A stretch of DNA of 64,000 nucleotides from an uncultured Gammaproteobacteria bacterium. GTDB taxonomy: Bacteria > Patescibacteriota > Patescibacteriia > SG8-24 > DYFX01. Positions 55,188-64,000 of the stretch are shown one piece after another. The notes under the pieces are model-generated. The model did not search any database and was not told where the DNA came from. It saw only the letters and a list, made by a program, of their open reading frames with translations. Position 1 is the first letter of the stretch. Every line of letters begins with the position of its first letter. The translations under genes and the position numbers were made by a program. Location of the stretch: positions 7,852 through 71,851 of the forward strand of contig CAZHHN010000002.1 of NCBI GenBank assembly GCA_964532415.1, written 5' to 3'.

Positions 55188-56500
55188 AACGTGTTCCGGC
55201 GAAAAGCCGTGAGCGGCGCGCGAATCAGCTTCCAGGCGCTCCGAAACGGCAGCGTCTTCAGGAAGTAGTGGATGTCGGCCGCCAGACGCACCGGCCAGAC
55301 GATGCGGCCGCGGAAACGGAAGCCGTAGACGTCGGCCACGCCCCAGGCACCACCCATCGGCACGACGGCATGCAGCGCCGGAAACCGATAACGCGCGGCG
55401 GGCCGGTTGCGCAGGGCGTGCAGGGCGTTTTCGGCGGCGGTTTCGGCCTGGGCGATGGCGGCCTGCGCGAGTTGCGGCACCGGACGTTTGGTTTTGGGAT
55501 CGATCAGCAGAGCGCAGTCGCCGATCGCCCAAACGCGAGGCTGCCCCTGGGCCTGCAGCCTGTCGTCGACAAGAATGCGCCCGCGCGCGTCGGCGGTGAG
55601 GCCGAGCGACGGCACCACCGGATTGGCCCTGAACCCGCCGCACCAGACCAGGAGATCGGCCGTGACTTCCTTCTCGCGCTCTTTCTTGAAATCGCAGATG
55701 AGCATGTCCTGCGTTTCGCCGGGCTTGAGGGGGCGCGGCGAGAGCACGACGTGATCTTTGTGCGCGCCCTTGATGCAGGCATCGAGAATCAGCCTGATGC
55801 CGAGCCGCTCCAGCCGCTGCGCCGCCCACTTCGAAAGCTGCGGATGGAGCGCCTGGAGCGGGCGCGGCGAGGCCTCGACCAGTTCGATGGAATACGCTCC
55901 GGGAGCGAGCCGTCCGCCCCGGACCTGCGCGCGCATGAAGCGGGCGAGTTCGCAGGCGAACTCAACGCCGGTCGGCCCGGCGCCGCCGATGAGCACGCGG
56001 ATGAACGGGATCTCGTTGCGGCGTTTCATGTCGATGAGTGCGCGCAGGCGACGGTTGATGGCGATGGCCTCTCGCAGCGTGTACATCGGCAGGCTGTGCG
56101 CTTCCAAACCCTCGATGCCGTAGAAATCCGGCACGGTGCCGAGCGCCACGATCAGCGCGTCGTAGGCGAGCGCGCGGCCATCACCGAGCCGGACCGCCCG
56201 GGCGGCCGGATCGAGCCCGGTGACTTCCTCATATTCAACCTGCACGCCCTGCGATGCCAGATGCGAACGCAGGTCTTCATACGGCGTGGCCACGCCGGCT
56301 TTGAGATGCGCCTCGTCGGCTTCGCCGGTCGCGACTTCGTAGAGCCACGGGCGGTAGAGGTGGTGCGTGGCCCGGTCGACCAGGACAATCTCGATGCCGC
56401 TCCCCCTCCCCAGCCGTTTCGAAAGCGTCACGGCGGCCGTGAGACCGCCGAAGCCGGCTCCGAGAATCACAATGCGTTGGCGCTCCTGAGGCGTGTCCAT
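55184..56500 (-). CDS. ndh: Type II NADH dehydrogenase (NDH-2, FAD-dependent pyridine nucleotide-disulfide oxidoreductase)
   Basis: IVILGAGFGG FAD fold, second Rossmann VLIGGAGPTGVE. 438 aa. Confidence 0.75.
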   Translation of the reverse strand: MDTPQERQRIVILGAGFGGLTAAVTLSKRLGRGSGIEIVLVDRATHHLYRPWLYEVATGEADEAHLKAGVATPYEDLRSHLASQGVQVEYEEVTGLDPAARAVRLGDGRALAYDALIVALGTVPDFYGIEGLEAHSLPMYTLREAIAINRRLRALIDMKRRNEIPFIRVLIGGAGPTGVEFACELARFMRAQVRGGRLAPGAYSIELVEASPRPLQALHPQLSKWAAQRLERLGIRLILDACIKGAHKDHVVLSPRPLKPGETQDMLICDFKKEREKEVTADLLVWCGGFRANPVVPSLGLTADARGRILVDDRLQAQGQPRVWAIGDCALLIDPKTKRPVPQLAQAAIAQAETAAENALHALRNRPAARYRFPALHAVVPMGGAWGVADVYGFRFRGRIVWPVRLAADIHYFLKTLPFRSAWKLIRAPLTAFRRNTL

Positions 56501-56527
56501 ATCCGCTTCAGTATACCATCTCCATGC

Positions 56528-57454
56528 TCAATACCGCACTTCGGCCAGCACAATCTCCGGCGGGCAGAAGAGGCGGGCGCGCGGGCCGGACTCCCCCGCT
56601 CCGGCGCCGATGACGAGCGGAATGCCCCGGAAATGAAAGATGCCCATGTCGTATTTCCGCCCGAGATAATGAGGCAGATTTGAGACGGATCCCAAAAGGG
56701 GCAGGCGGATCTGACCCCCGTGGGTGTGTCCGGAGAAAAAGAAGGCCGGACCCGGCCTGTTTTTCAAAAGTTCGGACGCGGGCGGCGCCAAATCGGGATT
56801 ATGCAGCATGACGATCGCCGGTTCGTCCGGTCCGATATCTTTGAACGCCAGCGCCAAATCCGTTTCTCCGTACCAATCGTCATCGACGCCGGCGATCGAG
56901 AACGAAACGCCCTCTTTTGCGAGACGCGCGGAACGGTTGAGCAGCAGCGGAATGCCGGCGGCTTCAAACCACGCCAGCGATTCATGGCGGGCTTTCCATT
57001 CGTCGTGGTTGCCGAGGATCGCGAAGACGCCGAGCGGCGAGCGCAGAGCTTTGAGTGGCGCCAGTTCCGGCAGGGCCTTTGCTTCCTTGTAAAGGAAATC
57101 TCCGCCGAGCAGGATCAGGTCCGGCTTCAGGGCGTTGGTTCTGTCAACCAGCTTCTTGACCCATGCCTCGCCTTTGTACGGGCCGACATGGATGTCGGAC
57201 AGGAACGCCACGCGCAAGACGCGCTCCCCTTCACCGAAGGCGTATCGACGGACGGTCAGTAAACGGGGCTCCACGAACGAGCCGTAGGCGACGGTCAAAA
57301 AACCGAGCGCGCCGGACAGGGCGATCGGGACATGCCCCTGCCGATATCCCCAGACGTGCAGCGCGGCAAAGAGTCCGAGCAGCAAAAAGACGGCGAGATC
57401 GAACGCCCACCAGGGAATGTCGAGTTCGAGCGGAACCGAGTACGTGCCGGGCAT
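56528..57454 (-). CDS. Membrane-anchored calcineurin-like metallophosphoesterase (YkuE-like)
   Basis: LSDIHVG, LLGGDF, GNHDEW, GHTHGGQ motifs. N-terminal TM pair. Confidence 0.75.
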   Translation of the reverse strand: MPGTYSVPLELDIPWWAFDLAVFLLLGLFAALHVWGYRQGHVPIALSGALGFLTVAYGSFVEPRLLTVRRYAFGEGERVLRVAFLSDIHVGPYKGEAWVKKLVDRTNALKPDLILLGGDFLYKEAKALPELAPLKALRSPLGVFAILGNHDEWKARHESLAWFEAAGIPLLLNRSARLAKEGVSFSIAGVDDDWYGETDLALAFKDIGPDEPAIVMLHNPDLAPPASELLKNRPGPAFFFSGHTHGGQIRLPLLGSVSNLPHYLGRKYDMGIFHFRGIPLVIGAGAGESGPRARLFCPPEIVLAEVRY

Positions 57455-57457
57455 CGT

Positions 57458-58465
57458 TCAGAGCGCTTTGCCGACGCGCTCGACCATCTCCCCCAGGCGG
57501 TTGGAGTAGCCCCATTCGTTGTCGTACCAGGCGACGACTTTGACGAGATCGCCGTCGACGATCTGTGTCAGTTCCAGATCGACGATCGACGAATGCGGAT
57601 TCTTGATGAAGTCGGAAGAGACGAGCGCTTCCTCCGTCCACGTCATGATTCCCTGAAAACGCTTTTCGGCGCAGGCCTTTTTGATGGCGGTGTTCACGTC
57701 TTCGACGGACGTGCTTTTGGCCAGCAGGAAAGTGAAGTCCGAACAGGAAACGACCGACGTCGGCACGCGGATCGACAGGCCGTCGAACAGGCCTTTGAGT
57801 TCCGGGATGGTTTCGGTCACGGCGATGGCCGCGCCGGTCGAGGTCGGCACCATGTTCATGGCGGCGGCCCGGGCGCGGCGCAGGTCCTTGTGCGGGCCGT
57901 CCTGGAGCATCTGATCGGCGGTGTAGCTGTGAATCGTCGTCATCATCGCTTTCCTGACGCCGAAAGACGACTGCATGACGGCCGCGACCGGCGCGATGCA
58001 GTTGGTGGTGCACGAAGCGTTGTTGATGACCGACGCCTTGCCCTCATAGGCTTCGTCGTTCACGCCGAGCACGTAGGTCGGAACGTTGCCGCCCTTGGCG
58101 GGCGCGGAAATGACGACGCGCCTGGCGCCGGCCCTGAGATGCTGCGAGGCGCCGGCTTCGTCGGTGAAGCGGCCGGTCGATTCGATGACGACATCGATCT
58201 TCAGATCCTTCCACGGCAGCTTGGCCGGATCTTTCTCGGCCGTCACCAGAATCGGCGTGCCGTCGACAATGAGATGCGCGTCATCGTGCGACACCTCACG
58301 CTCGTACAGGCCGTAGTTGGTGTCGTGCCGCAGCAGGTGCGCGAGCGTTTTGGTGTCGGTCAGGTCGTTGACCGCCACGAACTCGAGATCCTTCAGGCGG
58401 CCGAACGAGGCTTTGAAGACGTTGCGGCCGATGCGGCCGAAACCGTTGATGGCGACGCGGATCAT
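57458..58465 (-). CDS. gap: Glyceraldehyde-3-phosphate dehydrogenase
   Basis: MIRVAINGFGRIGR, catalytic SCTTNC. 335 aa. Confidence 0.9.
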   Translation of the reverse strand: MIRVAINGFGRIGRNVFKASFGRLKDLEFVAVNDLTDTKTLAHLLRHDTNYGLYEREVSHDDAHLIVDGTPILVTAEKDPAKLPWKDLKIDVVIESTGRFTDEAGASQHLRAGARRVVISAPAKGGNVPTYVLGVNDEAYEGKASVINNASCTTNCIAPVAAVMQSSFGVRKAMMTTIHSYTADQMLQDGPHKDLRRARAAAMNMVPTSTGAAIAVTETIPELKGLFDGLSIRVPTSVVSCSDFTFLLAKSTSVEDVNTAIKKACAEKRFQGIMTWTEEALVSSDFIKNPHSSIVDLELTQIVDGDLVKVVAWYDNEWGYSNRLGEMVERVGKAL

Positions 58466-58483
58466 GCGGAAAGGCGTTAAGAG

Positions 58484-59071
58484 TCAGGAACGGTAAAACG
58501 TGAGCGATGATACGAAGAGCGAGAAAGCGGCGGGATCGGCCGAAGCGGCGCGCAGCACGACGGCGGCGGTGGAGCTGGCCGCCACGTAGACGGCCTGGCG
58601 CAGGACGTGTCCGTTTTCGAAAGCGACGACGAACAGCGCGGGCTGGCCGTCGACCGCGACGTCGTAGAGCGCCGGACGCGTTCCGGCGAATTCGGCGGCG
58701 GCCAGGTTGGCGATCTCCTGGCGCGGCTGGAGCGTTTCGATGCCGATCGCCATGCCGCCGCCGGAGAACGGCGCGGAAGCCGCTTCTTTCCCCGAACGCC
58801 CGAGCCGGACATTGGCAGGATCGGCCGGGTCGACGACCCAACCCGGCGGAGCGGCAAAGGCGAACCCGTGGACGGGATCGTCGACGCGCGCCCAGAGGCC
58901 AAGATCGAGTGGGACCGGCTGCGGCAGCGCGGCGGCGTACGCAGACGACGTATCGGTCATCGGTGCGAGCGACGCGAGATAGATCGCCAAAAAGCCGTAA
59001 GCCGCCACGACGGTAACGAGTGCGGCTTCGAAGATCGGCGAGAGCGTATGTTTCACCCTCCAAAGAGACAT
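58484..59071 (-). CDS. Membrane-anchored hypothetical protein
   Basis: TM AALVTVVAAYGFLAIYLASL. Opposite-strand ORF is Arg-rich antisense artefact. Confidence 0.45.
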   Translation of the reverse strand: MSLWRVKHTLSPIFEAALVTVVAAYGFLAIYLASLAPMTDTSSAYAAALPQPVPLDLGLWARVDDPVHGFAFAAPPGWVVDPADPANVRLGRSGKEAASAPFSGGGMAIGIETLQPRQEIANLAAAEFAGTRPALYDVAVDGQPALFVVAFENGHVLRQAVYVAASSTAAVVLRAASADPAAFSLFVSSLTFYRS

Positions 59072-59155
59072 ACGCCATCAAGAATAAAACAAAAGGCCCG
59101 CGGGAGCAACGCGAGGCCTGATCGTGGGGTGGAGAGGTCCCCGATTGAAGAAGGA

Positions 59156-59830
59156 TCAGCGGATAAGGGCGCCGGGGTCCGTATGCTCCGGGCTTCCGTT
59201 CTCGACGCCGCAGACGTGGTGCGCGGAAGCGCGGCTCGAGGTCGTCGACGTCGTCTCTTCGCCAGGCTCCGAATCGAGGACCGACGGTCCGCGCTGCAGA
59301 TACGCCTCATGATCGATCTCGGTTTCCTGGGTGATGCCGTGAATGATCGGATTCATCAGGGCCCCGCCGCAGACAGTGCCGTCGCTGGACTGGCAGGCAT
59401 CTGCGGTGGCGACATGGCGCAGGCCGAGCTGGTGACCGAATTCATGACCGATGATCGACAGCAGGCTCGTCCGGCTGAAGTCCGACTTTTGACGGATGCA
59501 GGCGGTGAACATATCGATCTGGCCGGGAGACGATTCCGCCAGCGTCGTCAGCCCGTTTTGCGGCTTGCAGAGCGTCACGGCATTCGCCATGCGGATGCGC
59601 ACATGCGCGTGAAGCAGATCGGATGTGAGGACGCATTGGATGCCCTCCCAGCGCCAGATCATGCAGCTCTCGAGGGCGATCTCCGGCGAGACGGGGGAAT
59701 TCTCTTCTATCCAGACCCGAAGTGTCTGAATGTCGGTGGGCGGCGGCGAGGGCACGTAGGGCACGCCGTTGTCTTCGGTCACGCAGGCCGCGGCGCAGGA
59801 CATGATCAGGAACGCGATGAATGAACGCAT
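59156..59830 (-). CDS. Metzincin-type zinc metalloprotease lipoprotein (paralog 1)
   Basis: GGAGAGG SD. Signal/lipobox MRSFIAFLIMSCAAAC. HEFGHQLGLRH matches HExxHxxGxxH. Confidence 0.7.
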   Translation of the reverse strand: MRSFIAFLIMSCAAACVTEDNGVPYVPSPPPTDIQTLRVWIEENSPVSPEIALESCMIWRWEGIQCVLTSDLLHAHVRIRMANAVTLCKPQNGLTTLAESSPGQIDMFTACIRQKSDFSRTSLLSIIGHEFGHQLGLRHVATADACQSSDGTVCGGALMNPIIHGITQETEIDHEAYLQRGPSVLDSEPGEETTSTTSSRASAHHVCGVENGSPEHTDPGALIR

Positions 59831-59926
59831 GGACCTCTCCCGATTGTTGATGCCTTCTACAATACCACAAAAAGCCAATTTTGTCAATATAGACAAACAA
59901 AAAATCCGCGGCGGAAAGCGCACGGA

Positions 59927-60637
59927 CTAACGAAGGGTGAACAAACAGCGATCCGGACCTGGAGCGACGTCCCAGACGTCGCCGGGGCCGGGCGCATCCT
60001 CGGCGATGGCCGCAAACCGCTCGGGCGAGATGGACGGGATGCGCAGGTCATAGGCCCGCTCATCAAGCTGCGTGAGCGCGAGGCTGGAATTGAGATTCGG
60101 ATTCATGACGGCCTTGCCCCAGATGCCCGCGTCCATCAGCTCGGTTTCGAACGGATTGACGGCCAGTCGTAAATCGTGCATCTCGTGGATGTGGCCCGGC
60201 ATCCCGGCTCCATGGCCGAACTCGTGCGTGGTCGAGATCACCAGCGACGGCTGCATCCCATATCCATCCGGCAAATACTGGAAGCATTCCATGTAGACGG
60301 TGACTTTTCCGGCTTTGATATTGGTCTTGGCCAAGATGAACGTACCATTCGTCTCGTCGATCGGACAGACGTTCTGGACGGGATAGACCTTCAACATGGC
60401 CGCGTTCTCGGACGCCCCCTGTTCGAACCGGAGACATTTTCGGTTCCAGGCGTCCGCACCGCGCATGATCGTCGGCCAAGGCAGGCTCTCGGGATCGGCG
60501 TTCCAGACCGTCACGGTCTTGTAGGCCGCAGGCGGCGCATCGGCATCACAGTGTTTGGAAACGGCCGAGAGTGGCAGGTTATCGCCGCACGCCCAGGCCC
60601 CACACGCCAAAAGAACGGAAAGCAGGCAACGCAGCAT
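59927..60637 (-). CDS. Metzincin-type zinc metalloprotease lipoprotein (paralog 2)
   Basis: AGGAGG SD. Signal MLRCLLSVLLACGAWAC. HEFGHGAGMPGH matches HExxHxxGxxH. Confidence 0.7.
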   Translation of the reverse strand: MLRCLLSVLLACGAWACGDNLPLSAVSKHCDADAPPAAYKTVTVWNADPESLPWPTIMRGADAWNRKCLRFEQGASENAAMLKVYPVQNVCPIDETNGTFILAKTNIKAGKVTVYMECFQYLPDGYGMQPSLVISTTHEFGHGAGMPGHIHEMHDLRLAVNPFETELMDAGIWGKAVMNPNLNSSLALTQLDERAYDLRIPSISPERFAAIAEDAPGPGDVWDVAPGPDRCLFTLR

Positions 60638-60694
60638 CGGAACCTCCTGTGCGCGACAGGTTTCCACACAACCGGATCGGCGTCAAGACGGCAC

Positions 60695-60724
60695 GAAAAA
60701 AGCCGCTCGGAAGCGGCTTTTTTC
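60695..60724. terminator. Perfect bidirectional hairpin terminator after tsf
   Basis: AAAAAAGCCGCT-CGGA-AGCGGCTTTTTT. Confidence 0.8.
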
Positions 60725-60730
60725 CGGACA

Positions 60731-61339
60731 TCAGCCCGGCACCTGGGTGCCGGATTCCATGGCGAAGCGCGTGAAGCGCTTGACTTGGATGTTCTCGCCG
60801 GTCTTGGAGATCGTTTCCTTCAGGATTTCCTCGACCGTCTTGTCCTCGTCCTTGATGTAGGCCTGGTTCAGCAGGCAGACGTCGGAGTGCCACTTGGCGA
60901 GCTTGCCTTCGAGGATCTTGGCGACGACGTCGGCCGGTTTGGCCGATCCCGCGAACTCTTCGGCATAGATCGATTTTTCCTTTTCGACCGCTTCCGGCGG
61001 GATATCCGCGCTCGAGACGTAGAGCGGGTTCATGGCAGCGATCTGGAGCGCCAATTCGTGGCAAAGCTCCCTGAAACCCTCGGTGCGCGCGACGAAGTCG
61101 GTTTCGCAGAGCACCTCGACCATCGCGCCGACTTTGCCGTTGCCGTGGACGTAGGCGTAAATCAGGCCCTCGGACGTCCGGCGGTCGGCCTTGGAGCCGG
61201 CCTTGGCGATCCCCTTCTTGCGGAGCAGCTCGGAGGCGGCGGCCAGATCGCCCCCGGCTTCTTCGAGCGCTTTCTTGCATTCGACGATGCCGGCGCCGGT
61301 CATGGCGCGCAGCTCGGAGACGGTTTTCGCGTCGATCAT
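60731..61339 (-). CDS. tsf: Elongation factor Ts (short form)
   Basis: VSELRAMTGAGIVECKKAL UBA-like N-terminus. 202 aa. Confidence 0.85.
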   Translation of the reverse strand: MIDAKTVSELRAMTGAGIVECKKALEEAGGDLAAASELLRKKGIAKAGSKADRRTSEGLIYAYVHGNGKVGAMVEVLCETDFVARTEGFRELCHELALQIAAMNPLYVSSADIPPEAVEKEKSIYAEEFAGSAKPADVVAKILEGKLAKWHSDVCLLNQAYIKDEDKTVEEILKETISKTGENIQVKRFTRFAMESGTQVPG

Positions 61340-61362
61340 AGGAGCGGAAGGTTAGATGGACG

Positions 61363-62136
61363 TCAGGCGGTGATCACGCGCGTCGGCTCTTCGGAATCGG
61401 AAACGGGCGTCTTGGCGACTTCGGCGCGTTTGGCCGTCAATTCCTTCTCGCGGAGCTTCCGGCCCTCGGCCACCGCTTCGGAGAACAGCCGGGTGAACAG
61501 TTCGATCGACTTCACGGCGTCGTCGTTGGCCGGAATGCCGTAGGCGATGTCTTCGGGATTGATGTTGGAGTCGATCAGCGAGAAGATCGGCACCTTCTTG
61601 GCGAGCGCTTCCTCGACGGCCGTTTTCTCGTGCTTGGCGTCGACAATGAAGATCGCTTCCGGCAGCTTGGTCAGGCTGGCGATGCCGCCGACCTTGCGTT
61701 CCATATCCTCGATCTCGCGGTCGATGACGACGCGCTCTTTCTTGGTGTACTTGTCGAAACCGCCGGAATCGCGCTTGGCGCGGTCCTCGTTCAGCTTCCT
61801 GATGATCTTGGAAAGTTCAGCGAAGTTGGTGAAGGTGCCGCCCAGCCAGCGGTTGGCGATATACGGCGCGCCGCAGGCCTTGGCATACTTCTCGACGATC
61901 GGCGCAGCCTGGCGCTTGGTGCCGAGGAAGACGATCACGCCGCCTTTGGCGGTCAGATCGCGCGCGGCGTCGAGCGCCTCCGTGAGCTTCACCACGGTCT
62001 GCTCGAGGTTGATGATATGGATGCCGTTGCGCGAGCCGAACAGGTACGGCTTCATTTTGGGATGCCACTTGGAGACCTGGTGCCCAAAATGGGCGCCGGT
62101 CTTCAAGAGCTCCACCAAATCGGGGATCTCGTACAT
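61363..62136 (-). CDS. rpsB: 30S ribosomal protein S2
   Basis: LLKTGAHFGHQVSKWHPKM..IHIINLEQT. AAGGAG SD upstream of ATG 62136 (table start is GTG). Confidence 0.85.
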   Translation of the reverse strand: MYEIPDLVELLKTGAHFGHQVSKWHPKMKPYLFGSRNGIHIINLEQTVVKLTEALDAARDLTAKGGVIVFLGTKRQAAPIVEKYAKACGAPYIANRWLGGTFTNFAELSKIIRKLNEDRAKRDSGGFDKYTKKERVVIDREIEDMERKVGGIASLTKLPEAIFIVDAKHEKTAVEEALAKKVPIFSLIDSNINPEDIAYGIPANDDAVKSIELFTRLFSEAVAEGRKLREKELTAKRAEVAKTPVSDSEEPTRVITA

Positions 62137-62346
62137 AAAGAGAGTTGCTCCTTTTACCACCTTTCCGGCAGGGACGGCCGTATCCCCTTCGGGAGAGCCG
62201 CGCCCAGGAGTGACGCCGGAAATGTGAGATGAATAATGGGCAGAGCATACGCCGGGCTCGGCAGCCCGTCAAGACCCCGGTCCGGAAATGAAAACGCCGG
62301 ACACTGCTGCGCAGCATCCGACGATCGTTGAGGCGGTCCGGGCCGT

Positions 62347-62784
62347 TCAGCCCGCCGCGGTCGAGCTTGGCGATGTCACGCCCAGAAACGCGACCGAGAC
62401 CTGCACCGCGGCAGCCATCTCGCCGAGCCCCGTGCGGAGACGCGCGAGGAAAATGGCGAACCGGCTCGAATTCACGGGCTCCAGGAATTGATCGACGACC
62501 GCGTGCAAAAGCACTTCATACGACGCAGCCAATCCGGCCGGGATCGTGGTACCGGCAGCGGCCAAGCGCTCGAGGCAGGACACCACGTCGCCGGGTGTGA
62601 GACTGAAGTTCACGCCTTGGCGCGCCTCGCATACCGCGAAGGCGCTGCATACCTCGAGAAACGCCAGCAACCGGGCCGGCGCCTCCGTCGTCAGGCGGCT
62701 CTGGAACCACCTGAAGGTCTCGATCGCCGTCGTGATGGCATTCGGATCATCCGCGGTACGACCAGTCTGCTCTTGCATGGACAT
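62347..62784 (-). CDS. Orphan protein, paralog of 62983-63435
   Basis: GGAGAG SD. Segments AIETFRWFQSRL / LTPGDVVSCLERL align with neighbour. Confidence 0.45.
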   Translation of the reverse strand: MSMQEQTGRTADDPNAITTAIETFRWFQSRLTTEAPARLLAFLEVCSAFAVCEARQGVNFSLTPGDVVSCLERLAAAGTTIPAGLAASYEVLLHAVVDQFLEPVNSSRFAIFLARLRTGLGEMAAAVQVSVAFLGVTSPSSTAAG

Positions 62785-62921
62785 ATCCCACTCTCCTCTG
62801 TTCGGTTGACGCCCGCCTTGCGACGGACCGCATCAAGCGCGCACGGCCGGCTGCGTGCCGATCGCTGCCTTGACTGCGGAAGATATCACGTGTTGACGAG
62901 AAGGTCAAGGGTCCTGGGACT

Positions 62922-62958
62922 CCAAATAAAATCCGCCGCGAGCAGCGCTGGCGGCGGT
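62922..62958 (-). terminator. Rho-independent terminator between the two orphan paralogs
   Basis: Minus-strand CCGCCGCCAGCGCTGCTCGCGGCGG followed by ATTTTATTTGG. Confidence 0.5.
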
Positions 62959-62982
62959 CTGAATCGATCCAAGAACGGCTCG

Positions 62983-63435
62983 TCAGTCGGGAAGACCCTT
63001 GAAGCCGCTGCCGGCCGGCGCGAGTCCCTGCTCCAGCCAGGTGAGGTGGCGGCCGATCCGCGTCACCATGTCGGGAAGGATGCGCCGATCGTAACGGAGC
63101 GCGCTCAGCACGGAAATCAAGCCAGAGACGTCGTTGGATTGGAGTCTGAATGACGTGCCGGCCTGCAGCACACTTTCGAGCGCCGCCTGCTCCTGCGGAT
63201 CGTCGGTGCACCAGCCCAGCATGGCCTCGATGCCGTAGACCAGCTGAGCGGGCGTGAGCGGCGCCTGGGCGCATCTGGGGCTGACCCTGAGCGCCCGGAG
63301 ATAGGCGTCCAGCCACTGACGGCCTGCCCCCGCATTCGGATCTGTGAGTCCATTGTCGATCTGGGTCCGGAGCGTCTCGAACGCCTGTTGCGCTGTCCCT
63401 GCCGAACCCGAACTATCCTGACCGGTCTTGTCCAT
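62983..63435 (-). CDS. Orphan protein, paralog of 62347-62784
   Basis: AGGGAG SD 6 nt before ATG 63435. AFETLRTQIDNGL / LTPAQLVYGIEAML align with neighbour. Confidence 0.45.
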   Translation of the reverse strand: MDKTGQDSSGSAGTAQQAFETLRTQIDNGLTDPNAGAGRQWLDAYLRALRVSPRCAQAPLTPAQLVYGIEAMLGWCTDDPQEQAALESVLQAGTSFRLQSNDVSGLISVLSALRYDRRILPDMVTRIGRHLTWLEQGLAPAGSGFKGLPD

Positions 63436-63625
63436 CTGCATCTCCCTCTGCACTCGCCCGTGACCTCAAGCGAGAATTGCCCCCGTGGCCGCGCCGACAG
63501 CATGTCAGAAGCCGCCATGGTGGTCGCAGGGAGGGTATAGCATAAAGACACATTCTGTCAATATCGCTTAACAACACGTGAGCCAGGCCTGAAAAATGAT
63601 GTCGGCACAGCCGCGCCGACGACGC

Positions 63626-63654
63626 TTGCCAAGTCCGGCCGGACCTGTTAGACT
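63626..63654 (+). promoter_or_regulatory. Sigma70-like promoter TTGCCA-17-TAGACT for rpmE
   Basis: TTGCCA 63626-63631, 17-nt spacer, TAGACT 63649-63654, ~17 nt before ATG. Confidence 0.5.
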
Positions 63655-63671
63655 GCGCCCGTAGTCAATTT

Positions 63672-63956
63672 ATGAAAGCCGACACTCACCCGAAATACTT
63701 CCCTGAAGCCAAGGTGGTCTGCGCTTGCGGCAACACCTTCACGACCGGCGCGACCGTCGAGGAAATCCACGTCGAACTCTGCTCGGCCTGCCATCCGTTC
63801 TATACCGGCAAGCAGAAGCTGGTCGACACCTCCCGCCGCGTCGAGAAGTTCCAGGAACGCACGACCAAAAAAGCCGCCGAGGGCGCCAAGGCCACCGGCA
63901 AGAAGGCCCGTACCGCCAAGCGCGTCGCCAAGAAAGCCGCCAAAGCCGCCAAGTAG
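63672..63956 (+). CDS. rpmE: 50S ribosomal protein L31 with Lys/Ala-rich C-terminal extension
   Basis: [27 protein letters not shown] zinc-ribbon L31, then ~30-aa [29 protein letters not shown] tail. Confidence 0.85.
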   Translation: MKADTHPKYFPEAKVVCACGNTFTTGATVEEIHVELCSACHPFYTGKQKLVDTSRRVEKFQERTTKKAAEGAKATGKKARTAKRVAKKAAKAAK

Positions 63957-63965
63957 CCGCGCTGA

Positions 63966-63990
63966 ACCCCGCCACCGCGCGGGGTTTTGG
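63966..63990 (+). terminator. Rho-independent terminator after rpmE
   Basis: CCCCGC-CACCGC-GCGGGG followed by TTTT. Confidence 0.55.
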
Positions 63991-64000
63991 TTACAGGCGT

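Noticed and set aside
55268-56683. 471-aa plus-strand ORF
   Set aside because: Antisense to ndh (clear FAD/NAD Rossmann motifs).
58607-59824. 405-aa plus-strand ORF
   Set aside because: Antisense to the membrane protein and metzincin 1 (HExxHxxGxxH). Extremely Arg-rich.

Overview
This 64-kb window is a gene-dense, high-GC (about 65-67%) bacterial chromosomal segment with about 70 protein genes and 3 tRNAs. Most genes sit on the minus strand in tightly packed operons, and at least eight gene junctions have ATGA-type start/stop overlaps. Gene content: a large secreted LamG-FN3-glycosidase protein (runs off the window start), a Nudix hydrolase, and M23 peptidases (one convergent with ftsEX). 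Also tRNA-Thr/Gly and tRNA-Lys, and a rearranged cell-wall/division locus (SurA-like PPIase, FtsB-like, murE, murD, GT2, translin-like). DNA repair and nucleotide genes include metK, a DHH phosphoesterase, uvrD, nth and mutM. Envelope genes include a CNNM/CorC transporter, mltG, manC, uppP fused in-operon with a PAP2 phosphatase, a Zn/Mn ABC importer and a prepilin-like protein. queA and tgt (queuosine) flank orphan genes. A glycolytic operon (gap, pgk, eno, two tandem gpmI) carries an embedded NDH-2, a SIMPL-domain protein and a metallophosphoesterase. The window ends with two tandem metzincin lipoproteins, tsf-rpsB and rpmE. The most unusual region is a ~0.9 kb AT-rich core (about 40% GC), annotated as a ~1.5 kb block (10170-11645), sitting between murD and murE. 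It carries a 268-aa orphan ORF that begins 3 nt after the murD stop, and a divergent standalone primase-type (CHC2) zinc-finger protein. This is a candidate undescribed accessory or defence-like module. Other noteworthy items: two pairs of tandem orphan paralogs, a Cys/Gly-rich tail on the SIMPL protein, a 2.7-kb M23 giant protein with three 450-bp in-frame tandem repeats, and low-GC orphan membrane proteins. The gene repertoire suggests a small-genome, possibly Patescibacteria/CPR-like high-GC bacterium; this is inference only. Coordinates I derived by hand may be off by 1-2 nt. Functional calls rest on motif recognition, since no database search was possible.
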